Shown: positions 25,501-38,399 of the stretch, piece by piece
How positions within the stretch are numbered: the first letter of the stretch is position 1
Layout: every line of letters begins with the position of its first letter
From: Takakia lepidozioides
Taxonomy: Eukaryota > Plantae > Bryophyta
DNA length: 64,000 bases
Assembly (NCBI GenBank): GCA_030704615.1
Contig: CM060731.1
Coordinates: 28,644,001 to 28,708,000, forward strand
Direction of reading: 5' to 3'
Position numbers and translations under genes: made by a program
Notes under the pieces: model-generated
Database searches by the model: none
What the model was told of the DNA's origin: nothing
Seen by the model: only the letters and a program-made list of their open reading frames with translations

Positions 25501-26911
25501 GTCTGCGCAAGACATGTTGTTATGGTTGAGGTGGTAGAGGAATTATGGACATGACCTGAGTGTGTGAGATGCAGCCAGTAGCTTCCTGGATGAGGAGTTC
25601 CGCACCATTTCTTTTTTACTTAAAAGGGAAAGTGTTCATGGCCGTGTAGATGAAATCTCCAGTTCTCCACTTGATCCATAAACTTGACTACCCTGTGTTT
25701 TCTTTTGTCTTTATGGAGAGGCTTCCTTTTTAATTCGTATGTGTGAATCTGTGTGATCTCGCTCTCCGTATACAGTGAATTTTTTTCAACTAGCTCACTG
25801 AGATCTGCTGTTTTATGGAACATGTATGGAGCCTTCCAAAATGGCATTGCAGCCTGTACACAGACAGGTTTCTCGACATTTCGCAAAATGTGTACACTGT
25901 GATCGTGTAGGCTGAAAGAGGGGAAATTTGAGACTATGTTGCATGTGCAGGGTTGAGGTGCTGTGCCATGATATCAGCGTGCACATTCCCCACCACATCT
26001 CACAGAAGATACCAAGCTACAATCTGCGGCTTGCCCATGATTCTCTCCTGAAAAACTGGGGACCGGTAAATTCTCTCTTCTGAACCCAAGCCAGATGCAA
26101 CTGATGACCATGTCCTTCAGTGTAGAACCTGCAGTAATGCCCACATTAGGCGCACGCTATCTGAGGAGTGTTTGTATTGATATATTTCTGAAAGAATTGC
26201 TCAAGTGATTAGTCTGTCAAGTCTTCCCTGACACCAGTCAATCTTGGGAATGTGTTCAAGGTTTTGGGTACTGAGGCTTCCAGGTTTTTGAACCCTAGTC
26301 TGTGCAGAGAGTCTTCCCCGATTAACCCTGAGGATGGAAGGCTGTAGTCCAAGGTCTAGGGTTCGAAAACCGCCGAAGGCTCAATGCATGAGACCTTCCC
26401 CTGCAAAGGAATGTTTGCCCGATGCCCTGGCACCTCGCTTCAGCAGGTGATCTTACACTTGTAAGGTTACCTGAATGTCACCCACTGGCGTAGAAAGTCA
26501 GATTCTGTCAGGGGACCGTCATGAAACTACAAAGCCAGAAATAAAGTTTAGGGTTCTTAATGTCCTTAATGAGTATATGATTGCTGTTCTCTGTCGACCT
26601 TTCACTAGTTTTAGATGCAGAACCGTGTTTGAAAGGGTCCTAACCTTAACAGTCTTCCTGGAACACATCAGCTTCGTCTGAAAGAGTCCTGGAGTCCTTT
26701 CTGACCTAACACTTTGTGAATAATTTTGTCGCCTGTTTTGTTTTGACAGTACCTTAATGTGACCACATGGAACTGGCGACTAATGAAGACAATTATGACA
26801 GAGTGTCATTTGTACGACGAGGAGAAAAACTATCTCTCTTTTGACAACGGGGTTGAGGACAAGTCACGATTGATTGAAGTTTTGCGGAATGTCATGCCTG
26901 ATACAGCATAA
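22513..26911 (+). CDS. FAD6: Plastid omega-6 fatty acid desaturase. Exons 22513-22725, 23319-23462, 23824-23975, 24413-24538, 25005-25182, 25372-25490, 25951-26065, 26750-26911; transit-peptide exons upstream uncertain (candidates 21007-21115, 22095-22141)
   Basis: GT-AG exons join in frame and give the three His boxes HDCAH, HDRHH and HIPHH, plus [44 protein letters not shown] and [14 protein letters not shown] at 26909-26911. Confidence 0.96.
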
Positions 26912-28657
26912 GAGACTCTGTTCTCGATTGTTGTTTTTGGTTCTATTGGTTGAATTGAGGGTGTAACCCTGATTCCAGCAAATCGAATTAAGACAGGTAT
27001 AACAGCACATTGCTCATGGCAAACTTGTAATTTTATTAAGGTGACTCTCAGACAGTTGAAAGTCATCAAAATTCAGCTTGATAGGGAGGGATTGCATCCA
27101 TTGCTTGGGACATCTATGTTATGAATTCTTTTCTCGTTCGCTCCCTGTAGGACCCTTGGATTGTTACCCCAATCCAGCCGATATATGTCCACAATCAGTA
27201 TGAAACCTAGATCAAATTCATTAATGACATTTAAACATCATGGAAATGTTGTCCATCTTGATATCTTCTCTCTGTCTTTGTGTTTACCTCCTGTATGTTG
27301 AGATTCTCTCAGCATTTGAGGCCTTTTGCAGTCTATGGTTTCCAGTTGATCCTTGGACTTCAGCCCAGAGGACATCATTGTCAAATGCATGAGCTGTCAA
27401 ATTTGTTTCTTCATTTAAAATGAAAGTTGTTTAGCACATGCACCCATACCTTGGGGTGTATTTAGCTGGATCTCTTATTTGGTTGTTAATTTACATACAA
27501 CATTATGTGGGGTTTAGGGGTGTGCTACTTATCTCTTGCAACACTGAATTAGGCCCAAACGGTACAGCAGGTATCCCCCCCATGCACACAAACAAGTAGA
27601 TGGTTGACTAATAAGAATCAATTCAAATCTAAGCAAGGGGAGTAAATGCCAGTAATGGAAGTTAGAGTGTCTGGCCTTATACACTCTAGGGCAACAAATG
27701 CAAGTACCATCATGTATGGGATGCAAAGATTTTTGGTTCAACATGAGATTCAGTGCATTAGCTAGGTCTGCTCATGCCTCATGTGCAGTTTAGCAATCCC
27801 CTCTGGGCCTGACCTCCCTTCTATCCGAAAGCGGAGAGATCGTCTACACAAAACAAAGCTTAAAGCAAGACAGCCACTACCATAGCCTAATCAACCTGAA
27901 CTAACAAGGGTACAAGCTCATGTCACCTGCCCCTATGCTGTGGGACTTTTGTAAGGAACACCGAAGAAGCCTGACTGAGATAAGAGTAATGGTCACATGG
28001 TCGTTCATCGTTCAAGCAAAAATGTCCCAAGTAAAATGTAGAAACCAATGTTCAGGTACATGCAGCAGGTGCCCCATGGAGGTAAACAATCCTGTGAACG
28101 TTTCAAAATGTTTGTTCTATTGATCATCTCGAAATTACATAATCTATCTGCTGAAGCTTGTAACAGGCATGCACATTCGAATCTCAAAAAGGTTAGATAA
28201 TCCTACTTAGTGCCGGCTAAAACATTTCATTGACTTTAAATATGGTCACAAAATATAATTTGCTCAAGATTGTTTCCAAGAGCAGAGCTTGCGGCTGAGG
28301 AGTGGCTGAGCCCATACTTTTCAAAACTTTCTGAATCAGTAGCAACCAAGCAGAGGGCGAGCAGGTCATCAGCCATTTGAAGATTAAGGTACTTAGAAGT
28401 AGTCTTCAATGTCAACAAGCCATAGTGAATCTGCAAACCCATGGGCCACAGCCATCGGCTTCTCCTTTGGAACATGGAACTTCAGCATCTTGACTTGCTT
28501 CTCACTGCACAACCATCCAGCCGGCCGAAACTCGGAGAACAATCCTCGGCCAATCTGGAATAGCTGCCACAGCCTTGTCCATGTTTGTAGATCGACCCAT
28601 TGGCGCAGTTGCCATCCGCCCCTCCAATAGAGATCTATGGCCATCTACTGCCTGTTC

Positions 28658-29560
28658 CTAGTCATTGCAATCATAATCCTGGTCCTGTCCAGATTGGTTG
28701 TTCAACGGACTCTCCACCTCCGGCCAGCTACATCCAGTTATCGAACTGTCCGACTCGCTCTTTATGTCAGATGCACGTGATGCTGCTGACTCCTCACTGT
28801 TTATATAAGATGCACATAATGCTGCGTCCTCACGGGCAATAGCAGCCAGCCTCAAGCGAGCCTCCTTATCAGACCACAACCAAAAACCCGAATGGCAGCT
28901 GTATTCCATAAATCTGTAAAATCCACAGTCCCTTCCTCATCCTCATCCTAATTCCTCGTCCCCAACAGGATGGCAACCCTCTTGCCCACTGGACTCCTCA
29001 CTAGCAGCAGCATCCAGGCTCAAGCGAGCCACCTTATTACCATTCAGATCACAACCAAAAACCCGAATGGCTGCTCTATTCCATAACTCTGTCAAATCAA
29101 CATTCCCGTCCTCATCCTCATCCTCCCAACAAGCACAGGCTAATTCCTTGTCCCCAACAGGATGGCAACCCTCTTGCCCACTGGACTCCTCACTGGCAGG
29201 AGCATCCAGGCTCAAGCGAGCCTTCTTATCACCATTCAGATCACATCCAAATACACGAATGGCAGCTGAATTCCATAAATCTGTAAAATCAACAGTCCCT
29301 TCCTCATCCTCATCCCCCAAACAACCACAGGCTAATGCTTCGTCCCCAACAGGATGGCAACCCTCTGGCCAATCTCGAACAGCAATCGAATCGCCGTCTT
29401 CTTGTTCCCCTCGTCCCAAACAGGATGGCAACTCTGAGTTGGCCAATCTCGAACGGCAATCGGCTTCTTCTAGTGCTTCTTGCTTATGGCTCCATGCTCC
29501 TCCTTCACATATATGCTCGGAACCTCTTGTTTCCTTTTCATGGCAAATGAACTCACTCAC
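28658..29560 (-). CDS. Unknown acidic protein with ~60-aa tandem repeats (frameshift ~28940)
   Basis: Repeat unit GCHPVGDE...EDEDE...LWN.AAIRVFGCDLNG.K.ARLSLDA..SEESSGQE (~180-bp period). TATA-like sequence at ~29694-29703. Paralog at 56665-57219. Confidence 0.5.
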
Positions 29561-31560
29561 AATCCAACAATACTCTCAAGCCAACTCCACTCACAAAAGC
29601 CCACAAGACTCTAAAGCGCACTGACAAGGCAACAAGAGGTAAGCGCAGGGTGGCAAGCAATGACAGACTCGACCTCCTCGTTAGCGTTGCGTTGTATATA
29701 TATGCAGGCAACGCCGCTCACAAACGTCCTCCACAAGGCAACAAAGTAACAACTTAATTAAGCACTCGTGTCATCTGACAGTACTTTCGCGCAGCCTGGG
29801 CAGGGCACCTGTCAAATCCTCCCCACCCACTTTTACCTTGGTTTCACTATTAATACTTAAGATTCTAAAAGGGTTTTATCCTGTTTTGGGTGTTGGTCGA
29901 AATTCTGGGTTTGATCGCAATGAGAGGCTATTGTAGTAACCAAGGTACCGGTATCCCAATCAGTGTAAGCCTCTGTAACCTTGGTCTTCATTTAACTCTT
30001 CTTAATCCATTTCAAATTTCGAGACCAAGTGTGAGTTACACTCCATTATGTGTAACCCCCCAGTGGAGTACACACATACACACCCTGTAACCCTAGTGGA
30101 GTTACACACCCACTCGTGTAATCCAGCGTAAACCCAAGTGGGTCCCATTGTGTAACCCAGCCTAACCCCCCACTGGAGTTTACACTCCTTTAGTTCCATG
30201 TCACTCTCAAGAGAGGGTGGGGAATATTTGACATGCCGGGAATTCTGTCAGAGATTGCACGTGTGAATCTAAGTTCTTACTCATTTCTATTATCTTCCCT
30301 CCCCACTTACGATCCAATCTTTTGCAGACCCAATTTAGGAGAAAGTTGGCCTATTTATAGATAATATGGCTAAAGTGCATTTCTATTTCTCTAAATGCGT
30401 CAGTGAGATGTTGTTGTGCTGTCATGTAACGTATCAACTGTCGGTACTGGGAAGGTGACACGGGCCAAAAGAAGGAAAAACGAGAGCAACAGGTCGCCCT
30501 TCTCCCTAGTTAGATGGCTTACATTTCCTTTTTTTATCTCTGTATTGCAATGCAGGGTATGAGAGTAATGGGTGTTGGGAATGTGTCTGGCCTACAGTTT
30601 AGGGTAATGGATGAGAGCACAACATTCTAGGACTGCTCCACGTACATGCGTCTACTATCTTATTTCCAGATGCACACAAATGCAGATGTTCGGTTCAATA
30701 TGAGGTTCGGTATTAGTTTCGGAAGCTTAGCAATCCCCTCTGAAGCTCTGACCTCTCTTATATCCGAAAGCTAAGAGATTGCCGAGAATCTACACGAAAC
30801 AAATATCAAAGCAAGCAGCCAATACCATAGCCTAATAAACCTGAACTAGGAACGTTAAAAGCTCACGTAATCTGCCCCTATGTCTGTGTGACTTTTGAAA
30901 GGAATACTGAAGAAGCCTGACTGAGAAGAGTGGGATGTGGAGAGTTGCTTGACATGGACTTATGGCGATAGACCCTGCTCCCAGTGCTCCCAGTCTAGCT
31001 CGAGCAGTTTGAGAAGGGAGAGGGGAATATTCTTCAATCGCGCCTATTTGGCCCAAGAATGTAGTCATTCACACATTTCTCCTGCTCTTGCACACAAACA
31101 AATCTGAGAACTACTTAAGGGCTTCAAGGAGATAATCAAAGGGACCTTCCATCCCTTCCAAGCCCCAGAAGCTCCAATAAATCAGGTATGATGAAAAACA
31201 CGCGCTTAGATCCGCGCCATCTGAACACTATAACACCCTTGGATGCAGTTTTCGGAACTCTATCTGCACACACGTCTGTTACGGTGCACTCCTTTGCCAG
31301 AAAAGGAAATAGAAAACCAAAAACAAAAGAATGTTCTGAGTGAGGTCAAGGTCTCAAAGGTGGGAACTTGGTCTTCATTGGATCCGTGGCAGTCTTGAGG
31401 GGGGTTTGTCAATGGACTATCATCATCAAGGATAGTGTTTCCTCATTATATACACCTGGGTAGGCACAAGAGTTACAATAGTAGTTTCCTACTTGCCAGG
31501 GAGTATTCTAGTTGTCTATGAGTGTTATTGGTCAGGTACTTCCTTTGGTGTCTAAACTGA
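28740..31560. repeat. Left arm of an inverted segmental duplication
   Basis: Reverse-complement matches to 56144-57219 and 44580-45430; a partial third direct copy lies at ~27790-27990. Confidence 0.85.
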
Positions 31561-31915
31561 GTTGCCACAAGAAGACCAAAGATAAATGCCTGCAGCTGAG
31601 TTGCGGGGATAAGCTCAACCCTGGTGGGTGCGAACCCCACAAAAAGCTGTGGGGGGTTATTAGTTTCCCGCAGGGTCACCATAAGGCTAAGGCAAGCCAA
31701 CGTTTGCAAGGAACGGCATGAGTACATTCTCTAAGAATGGTCCAAAGGGCCGAAATTTAATTCAGGGCGGGGAGTCTACCTTAGAACAAGACGCAGATGC
31801 AAAGACGAAATACAAAAGGGAAAGAGTTTTATCACATCAACGGAAGGCCTAAAAAGCCCTAGGGACACAAGAGAAATGAAATAAAATGGAATTTTATAAC
31901 GTCCGCAAAAAGCTC

Positions 31916-32305
31916 AAAGAGAAAAGAAAAGAAAAGAAAAGAAAAGAAAAGAAAAGAAATGAAATGAAATGAAATGAAATGAAATGAAATGAAATGAAAT
32001 GAAATGAAATGAAATGAAATGAAATGAAATGAAATGAAATGAAATGAAATGAAATGAAATGAAATGAAATGAAATGAAATGAAATGAAATGAAATGAAAT
32101 GAAATGAAATGAAATGAAATGAAATGAAATGAAATGAAATGAAATGAAATGAAATGAAATGAAATGAAATGAAATGAAATGAAATGAAATGAAATGAAAT
32201 GAAATGAAATGAAATGAAATGAAATGAAATGAAATGAAATGAAATGAAATGAAATGAAATGAAATGAAATGAAATGAAATGAAATTAAATTAAATTAAAT
32301 TAAAT
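31916..32305. repeat. Compound pentanucleotide microsatellite (AAAAG)n-(GAAAT)~66-(AAATT)n
   Basis: Directly visible; lies at the 3' end of the minus-strand RTE-like LINE. Confidence 0.97.
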
Positions 32306-32993
32306 TTTATAACATCCGCAGAAAGCTCATAGAGCTTATGGGACAAAATGGAAGAAAACATGAGAGATGAAACAAAAACCAGAACCCAAGAATAAGAACT
32401 AATGTTCTAGCGATTGTCTAAACGATGAAGGCCTCGTGTAGGTAGGGTGCCAAGCATTTTTTATCCTCATAGTGGAAGACTTCAGTGAGAGATTGGGCTC
32501 CACTGAATAAACAGTGGAATCTCCCACGGATCTCGTAGTATAGAGTAGAAGAAGAAGTGATCTTCAGTTTCAATTTCCTGGCTGCACCCTATGCAAGCTG
32601 GACATAGGCGGTCCTCCCGTTACAGGTTTTCCCATCTGTCAGTCTCTATCCGTAGGTTGTGGGAACCCACCCTGAACCGCCAGGAGGGAAGGAGATAAGG
32701 ATGCTGAAAGGTAATTTGGCCTCAAGATTATATCATCTCGGAGCACCAAGAATGTCTCTCGATAGAAGTGGAGCTTTGTCGTGAGATTGGGTAGCTTCCA
32801 AGTTCTCTTGACATGTAGTTCCATAAGCTCTCTCCTAATGAGTCTGTTGCGGTCATGTCTGGATGTGATGTCCACCCCATCTGGATTCATTGGTAATAGA
32901 GAAGCAGTAGAGAGTCCGTTGCGCTGAAATAAGCTGTCCACTTGAGTATACCAGGAGTTCGTGAAACATGCAGCTTTGAGCCTCATAGATGTT

Positions 32994-33809
32994 TGTCGCG
33001 CGGCTTTTACTCACCCATCCCTTCGCTATTCGAGGCAGAAACTCCAAGATTGAAGAGTTGGAAATCTCTAAGTACTCAGCCCGCGCAGAACAATTAGTCA
33101 TGACCTACAGCTAGTGTATCATGGGGTGTTTCCTATTTGTTCCCTTTTGGTATTCATGTTAACTATCTTACCATTGATAATTAAGTATCAGTTTGCTTTA
33201 TCAATCTATTGGATTCCATCAACTCATCCATTCATTCCACAGCTTCACTCAGATCTCTCTACACAGTGTGATTGTATCGTAAAAGTATCCGATTATGATT
33301 TATCAGGTGTCAGGCCGAAGCCATTGTGTCTCTAATCTCCTCTACAATATCATTACAGCCTTGCATATATCAAGCATCTACTCATCATCTTTCTATCTTC
33401 ACTTCCGTTCTTCATCTCTGCCCGATCCCCTCTCCTCTATCACCAAGAAGTCCTCCTCCGAATCCTGTCCCTCAATTCCCCGTTTCCCCCTTTATCTTCC
33501 TCTCCGCGGTTCTAACCGTTTCCCTCACTAACCGTGTCTGTGAACTAACATGTTCCCTTCGCAGGTGTTGTTCCCCACAGTCGTTCCCTGTCCTACTCTT
33601 CGTTCCCTATGATCGTGACAGCTGTGTCAAGCTGTGACTGGCTGTGTGAAACTGTGACGGGCTGTGACTGGCTGTGCGACTGTGACGGGCTGTGTAACCC
33701 CCCTCTACAGTGCGCTGCTGTCACCCCTAAGGCTCCTGTTGGTCTCAGTCTGTTAAGGGTACCCTATAGATCCCGTATAAGTGTCTAAGTCCCCGACAGT
33801 CCTCTAACA
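32994..33809 (-). repeat. 3' LTR (816 bp)
   Basis: Near-identical to 41099-42128; preceded on the minus strand by PPT GAGGGGGGAAGGGG (33814-33827). Confidence 0.95.
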
Positions 33810-33848
33810 TTTACCCCTTCCCCCCTCAAAAAGCCGTGTCCTCACGGT

Positions 33849-34952
33849 TTACTGATTTCGACTAGCAAACCTTTGTGAGTGAGCACCTTCTTGACGTTGA
33901 GAGTTTCGTGGCGGATTGTGTGTACGAGCCCGAGGTCTGTCTCTGGTTGACGGAGATGGTTGATCACTACCTGGATAAGTGAGGCCCTCTGGAGGCTGAT
34001 ATGGAGGTAACCTTTCCGGCATAGGAGACCCCCTTCGCTTCTTCTCTGCCATCTGAACTGCATAGTCTTCTCCCATGTCAAAAGAATTCGGTGAAGAAAC
34101 AGTTGTATCAGAATCCTCATCGCCTCTCAGGTGTTTTAATTTTCGAACTTTTTGTGGAATCATCTGGGGCATACAATGCTGTCCTACCATGTCTGGAAGT
34201 TTGTATTTTACAACTTGGTGTAACCGCTGAACAGCAAAATTGGTGTAGACACTGAGCTCCTTGTCTGTCCAGGTGAGTGGGGTACCAATTACTGGTGCAG
34301 CGTGCAAGTACTTCCATGCCACATGTCCCTTATAGAAAATGTCATCAATGCCGAATTTCTGTGTTGACAAATGGTTCCAGGCCGCTTGAAACCATGAACG
34401 AATTTGAGAATCCTTTTGCATCATAACTTTTGGGTCATATAGGTACATATGAGGTGGCACCGAAGGTAATACCCAATGATCTCCACTGGAATAACTCAGA
34501 AAGCGTGTTTGCATCTTTTGTTGCTCAATGTGGTAACGTACCAGAAAACAAGCAGCGTAGTATAACCCGCACCCCATGACAATACTTGCTATCTCCTTGG
34601 TCTTGGTATAAATGAGTCCATGTACAACCTGGAAAGCAATCAATTCCCTCAACATGGTACCTGCTTCGTGCCAGTATTGTGCAAAGTGATGATCTTCAAT
34701 ATGTCGATTGTTCGGAAGAACTTTAGTCCTAGTTGCCACTGGCAGCCAAATACGCATGATTTGGTAGTAATGTGCGAATGACTGCAGAGGACTAAATTCT
34801 TTCCAAGCCAAATCCAACATGATGGGAATTTGGTTGAAGGGCATAATCATAGCCCTACTGTACTCCCTTGCAGCTGGAGTTTTAGGTGGGTTAAAAGCGG
34901 CATTGCCCCATACCTCCGGCTGTGGTGGCTGTGGTGTGGTTGTAGTAACCAC
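33849..34952 (-). CDS. Extra 3' ORF of the LTR element (367 aa, unknown)
   Basis: Long intact sense ORF ending just before the PPT. Confidence 0.6.
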   Translation of the reverse strand: MVTTTTPQPPQPEVWGNAAFNPPKTPAAREYSRAMIMPFNQIPIMLDLAWKEFSPLQSFAHYYQIMRIWLPVATRTKVLPNNRHIEDHHFAQYWHEAGTMLRELIAFQVVHGLIYTKTKEIASIVMGCGLYYAACFLVRYHIEQQKMQTRFLSYSSGDHWVLPSVPPHMYLYDPKVMMQKDSQIRSWFQAAWNHLSTQKFGIDDIFYKGHVAWKYLHAAPVIGTPLTWTDKELSVYTNFAVQRLHQVVKYKLPDMVGQHCMPQMIPQKVRKLKHLRGDEDSDTTVSSPNSFDMGEDYAVQMAEKKRRGSPMPERLPPYQPPEGLTYPGSDQPSPSTRDRPRARTHNPPRNSQRQEGAHSQRFASRNQ

Positions 34953-34960
34953 AGGTTCAG

Positions 34961-37691
34961 CTATTGGTACAGTGACTTTTGTGGTGGTGGTGGTACTGGC
35001 TCTTGTATCATTGGCATCTCCTGCCCCTCCTGTGAAGACTGAAAAGCCAAAGTTCTGGCTTGTAAATAAGAAGCCATTAGCTGTTCCTGAGGGATATAGA
35101 CTCTTTGGTCGATGTTTGAAGTGAGGTCTTCCACTTGAGTCTGCAGTCCGTCTACATCCTCTTGTAACTCTGCTATCCTACTATAGACATTGTCTATAGT
35201 AGTTGTGGCAATGTTCTGCACCTGCAGCCTGAGCTCATTCATCTCGCTTTGGGTGAGCTTCCGTGGTGCTTTGCCCTCTACTGGCCCTTGTGCTAACCAG
35301 ACCTGCATAAGGCTGTTATCCACCAAGTTGCTTGTGGTTCCCCTGAGAGTTTGCTGCTCTCTTAGCTTGTACAATTCCAACTGCTGTTGTAAAGCCTCTA
35401 TGCGCTTCGCCTGAGGTTCAACCAATTGCGCATAAGCAGCAAGTAGATTATTGGCTTCCTTCCAAGCCTTGTTATTGACCGCGATTTCATTTCTATTGGC
35501 CATGATGGTTTGTTGCAACTCCACGATGTGCTTCTCTTGATCAGCTTCAATCTACCTGTATTGCTTGAAAGTATCTTCATTGCGATAGATTGTATTCTTC
35601 ATATCGACAATGAGCTTCATTTGCTCAACATTCTCTTCTTCTGCCTTCGTACATTTTTCCGCTTGACTGTTTATTTCTTTTGTAGATTGGTCAAGCATAG
35701 TTGTGAATGTAGCACATTGTATCGCCATCATGTTATGCATTGTCTGCAACTCCGTATGTAGTGCATTCAGTTCTTGCAACTTGCTTTCATGCTGCACCTG
35801 CATTTGGTATAGCTATTGCTTATGTGCTTCGTGCAACTGGTCTTGCGCGAGGCCTGCCTCAATCATTGTTCCTTGGCCAATTGCAAAGCCATTTCTGTAT
35901 TTCCCAAGTCCTGCTTCATCTTGAGAGTGACCTCTTCATCGACCTTGTTTGCACACTCAGTGGCAAGTCGAGCCTCAAACTCCTTCCTGAGTTCCTCTCT
36001 CAAGGCTGTCAATTGGGTAATTGGAACATGGGATTTGACATAAGTCCCCAACAAATTAAGTGTCATGCCTATGGAACTCATCAGCATTGCCTATTGAGGG
36101 TCATCATGGTGAGGTTACTGCTGTTCCTCCTGATCTTCAACAGTGTGATGTCTCACTAACCATTCAGGCCATTGTCCCACCGGATTTTCTTCCTGAACTA
36201 CTTCATCTATCACCGGTGCTACAGTGTCATGACCTTCCGCCTGTGGTACCTCCGACACAGGTGTGTGTATTATATGCACCTCAGGATTTCCCTTGGGCAA
36301 CTGTTGCACCTCTGGGATTTCTGTCTCCTTGACCAGACCAGAATATTCATAGAGAAGGTCCCCCTTCTCTATTTCTGCCACTATCTGTTCTGTAGTTGGA
36401 ATATCTAACCCTTCACTTTCCAAATCAATTATTTCTGGTTGAGCTGCATGGATAACTTGTGACCTTGTGACAAGTCGTTCAGGTGGCTGTGATGGTTGTG
36501 ATGCAGAAGTAACTTCCTCCTCCCTCTCTGAAGGTCCTGCTTCCAGTAATAGCATTTCTCTGTGCTGCTGTGCCCTTCCTGGCCATGAGCTTGGGAAACA
36601 TTATCATGCGGAATCCGTGAAGCCAGTGGATCCGCCACCACAGTCTTTCCCCGTCTCTGCCTCTTAGTCTCAGGTTGCCCTGCTAGTCCACCCTCACTGT
36701 GTGAAGAGCCTTGCTCTTCCATTGCAGTTGTTGCTGGCTCAAACACTCCCATTTCCTTTCTTTCTTGCGCATTAAGTATGCCAGAATCAAGGATTATTTG
36801 AGCAATGATTGGGCCAGACACTATTATAGGAGACTTTGCCGTAGTACCTTGTAATCTTTTCATCTCCTCTACCAGTGCGTTGTACATTATGTCCGCCCAT
36901 TGTACCTCTTGTCCCTTCAGGCCTTTGAGTATTTCCTCCGTGAAAGATCTGCTCAAATACTGTTGGTTCTGTTTCATGGCAATCAGAACGTTCAATACCT
37001 GGCCTACCTCTTTTAACCCTGGGTACACAGCCTTGGTACAAGCATAACCTTGAGTTTTAAAGAAACTCCCTTCTTGGAATAAGTCCCATATTTGCAGTCT
37101 TGCCCTGTGTTGCTCCACATGCACCTGACCTGCTGGCAATCGAAACAATTGCTGGAGGTATAGGGGAGTAATCATTAATTCAACTCCCTTCACCGTTGTT
37201 GTTCCTGTCCTTGGCTCAAAGTTCTGCAAAAATTGTAACATGTACTGTCTATGGTGTAGTGTCCAATCTAGGCTTTGCAATCCTTGCAATCTCAGCTCCT
37301 CCAGTATCTGTATCGCCTGTGGGGTAGCAATCGTTTGTTTCTGCAGAATTGTGGTGCTCTTCACCCTGATTTTCTCCATTCCTCTCACTCTCTTCATTTT
37401 AGACTCACAGAACTGTTTTGGCTGTAACAACTGCAGGAATGCCTGTAGTGCACAAAGCATAAACGTATGGTTGCCGCAGAAAGCTATGGGTAATTTCTTG
37501 TAAGCCTGCGGGGCTTGCAAGCATCGCTCAAGAGAAAAACTCCGCTCTGTCATTTCGTGTCTATGCCACTGCGTAAGTAATATTGCGAGCGTATAGTCTG
37601 TTAGTTCCTCCATAGTTTCCAAGGTATAGCATTGATGGTCTGTCCTGTCGAGACGCCCGTTACTCAGAACGACGCCGCCTCTTGCGCTCAA
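34961..37691 (-). pseudogene. Extra ORF(s) between integrase and 3' LTR: plant-transposon-protein/PMD-like domain plus coiled coil, frameshifted
   Basis: QFLQNF...TTVKGVELMITP..LQQLFRLP in 36429..37691, followed by a chain of adjacent Q/E-rich ORFs down to 34961. Confidence 0.5.
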
Positions 37692-38084
37692 TTTCCCTCC
37701 ATTTTCTTGATCCTTTCTCTGGTTTTCTATTGGCTGTATCCGCTGTGACTGGATTTTAGATTTTATCTTCTTTAGTGGACTTTCCCTGTTGGATAGTCCA
37801 CTAGGATCACATATGTGAGAGAATTCCGCTTTTCTGTACTTGCCGTTCGTTCCGTTTCCCTTTTTCCGTACTCATTAATGGGCCCGCCTTTCATCCCTTT
37901 TGACGGTCGTTCTTGTCCTCTTTCTTTTTGACACCTGTTCTTGCACTTCCTTCTCGGCTTTGTGTCGCGCCCTGACCTCCACGTGTCCATTTTTAAAGTA
38001 ATTTCCGTTTCCTCTTCCGTCAGCCATTTTCCTGAAGTTATTATGTGTCCACTTGTCACTGATTCTATGGATCGTGTAACTTTA

Positions 38085-38390
38085 GTAGGCTGTGTTGAGC
38101 TGTGACAGGCTGTGTCATACTGTGTTACGCTGTGATAGGCTGTGATGCACTGTGGTAAGCTGTGATAGGCTGTGACACGCTGTGGTAGGTTGTGATAGGC
38201 TGTGTTGCGCCGTGCTGGGCTGTGATAAGCTGTGTCACGTCGTGATGGGCTGTGATAGGCTGTGTTGCGCCGTGCTGGGCTGTGATAGGCTGTGTCACGT
38301 CGTGATGGGCTGTGATAGGCTGTGTCACGTCGTGATGGGCTGTGATAGGCTGTGCTTTGCCTTGATGGGCTGTGATAGGATGTGTCACGT
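38085..38390. repeat. 30-bp tandem array (GCTGTGATAGGCTGTGTCACGTCGTGATGG-like)
   Basis: About 9-10 degenerate units downstream of the integrase. Confidence 0.9.
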
Positions 38391-38399
38391 TTGTTTTGC

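Noticed and set aside
38085-38390. CRISPR-like array
   Set aside because: Head-to-tail 30-bp tandem repeat with no unique spacers, inside a eukaryotic LTR element.
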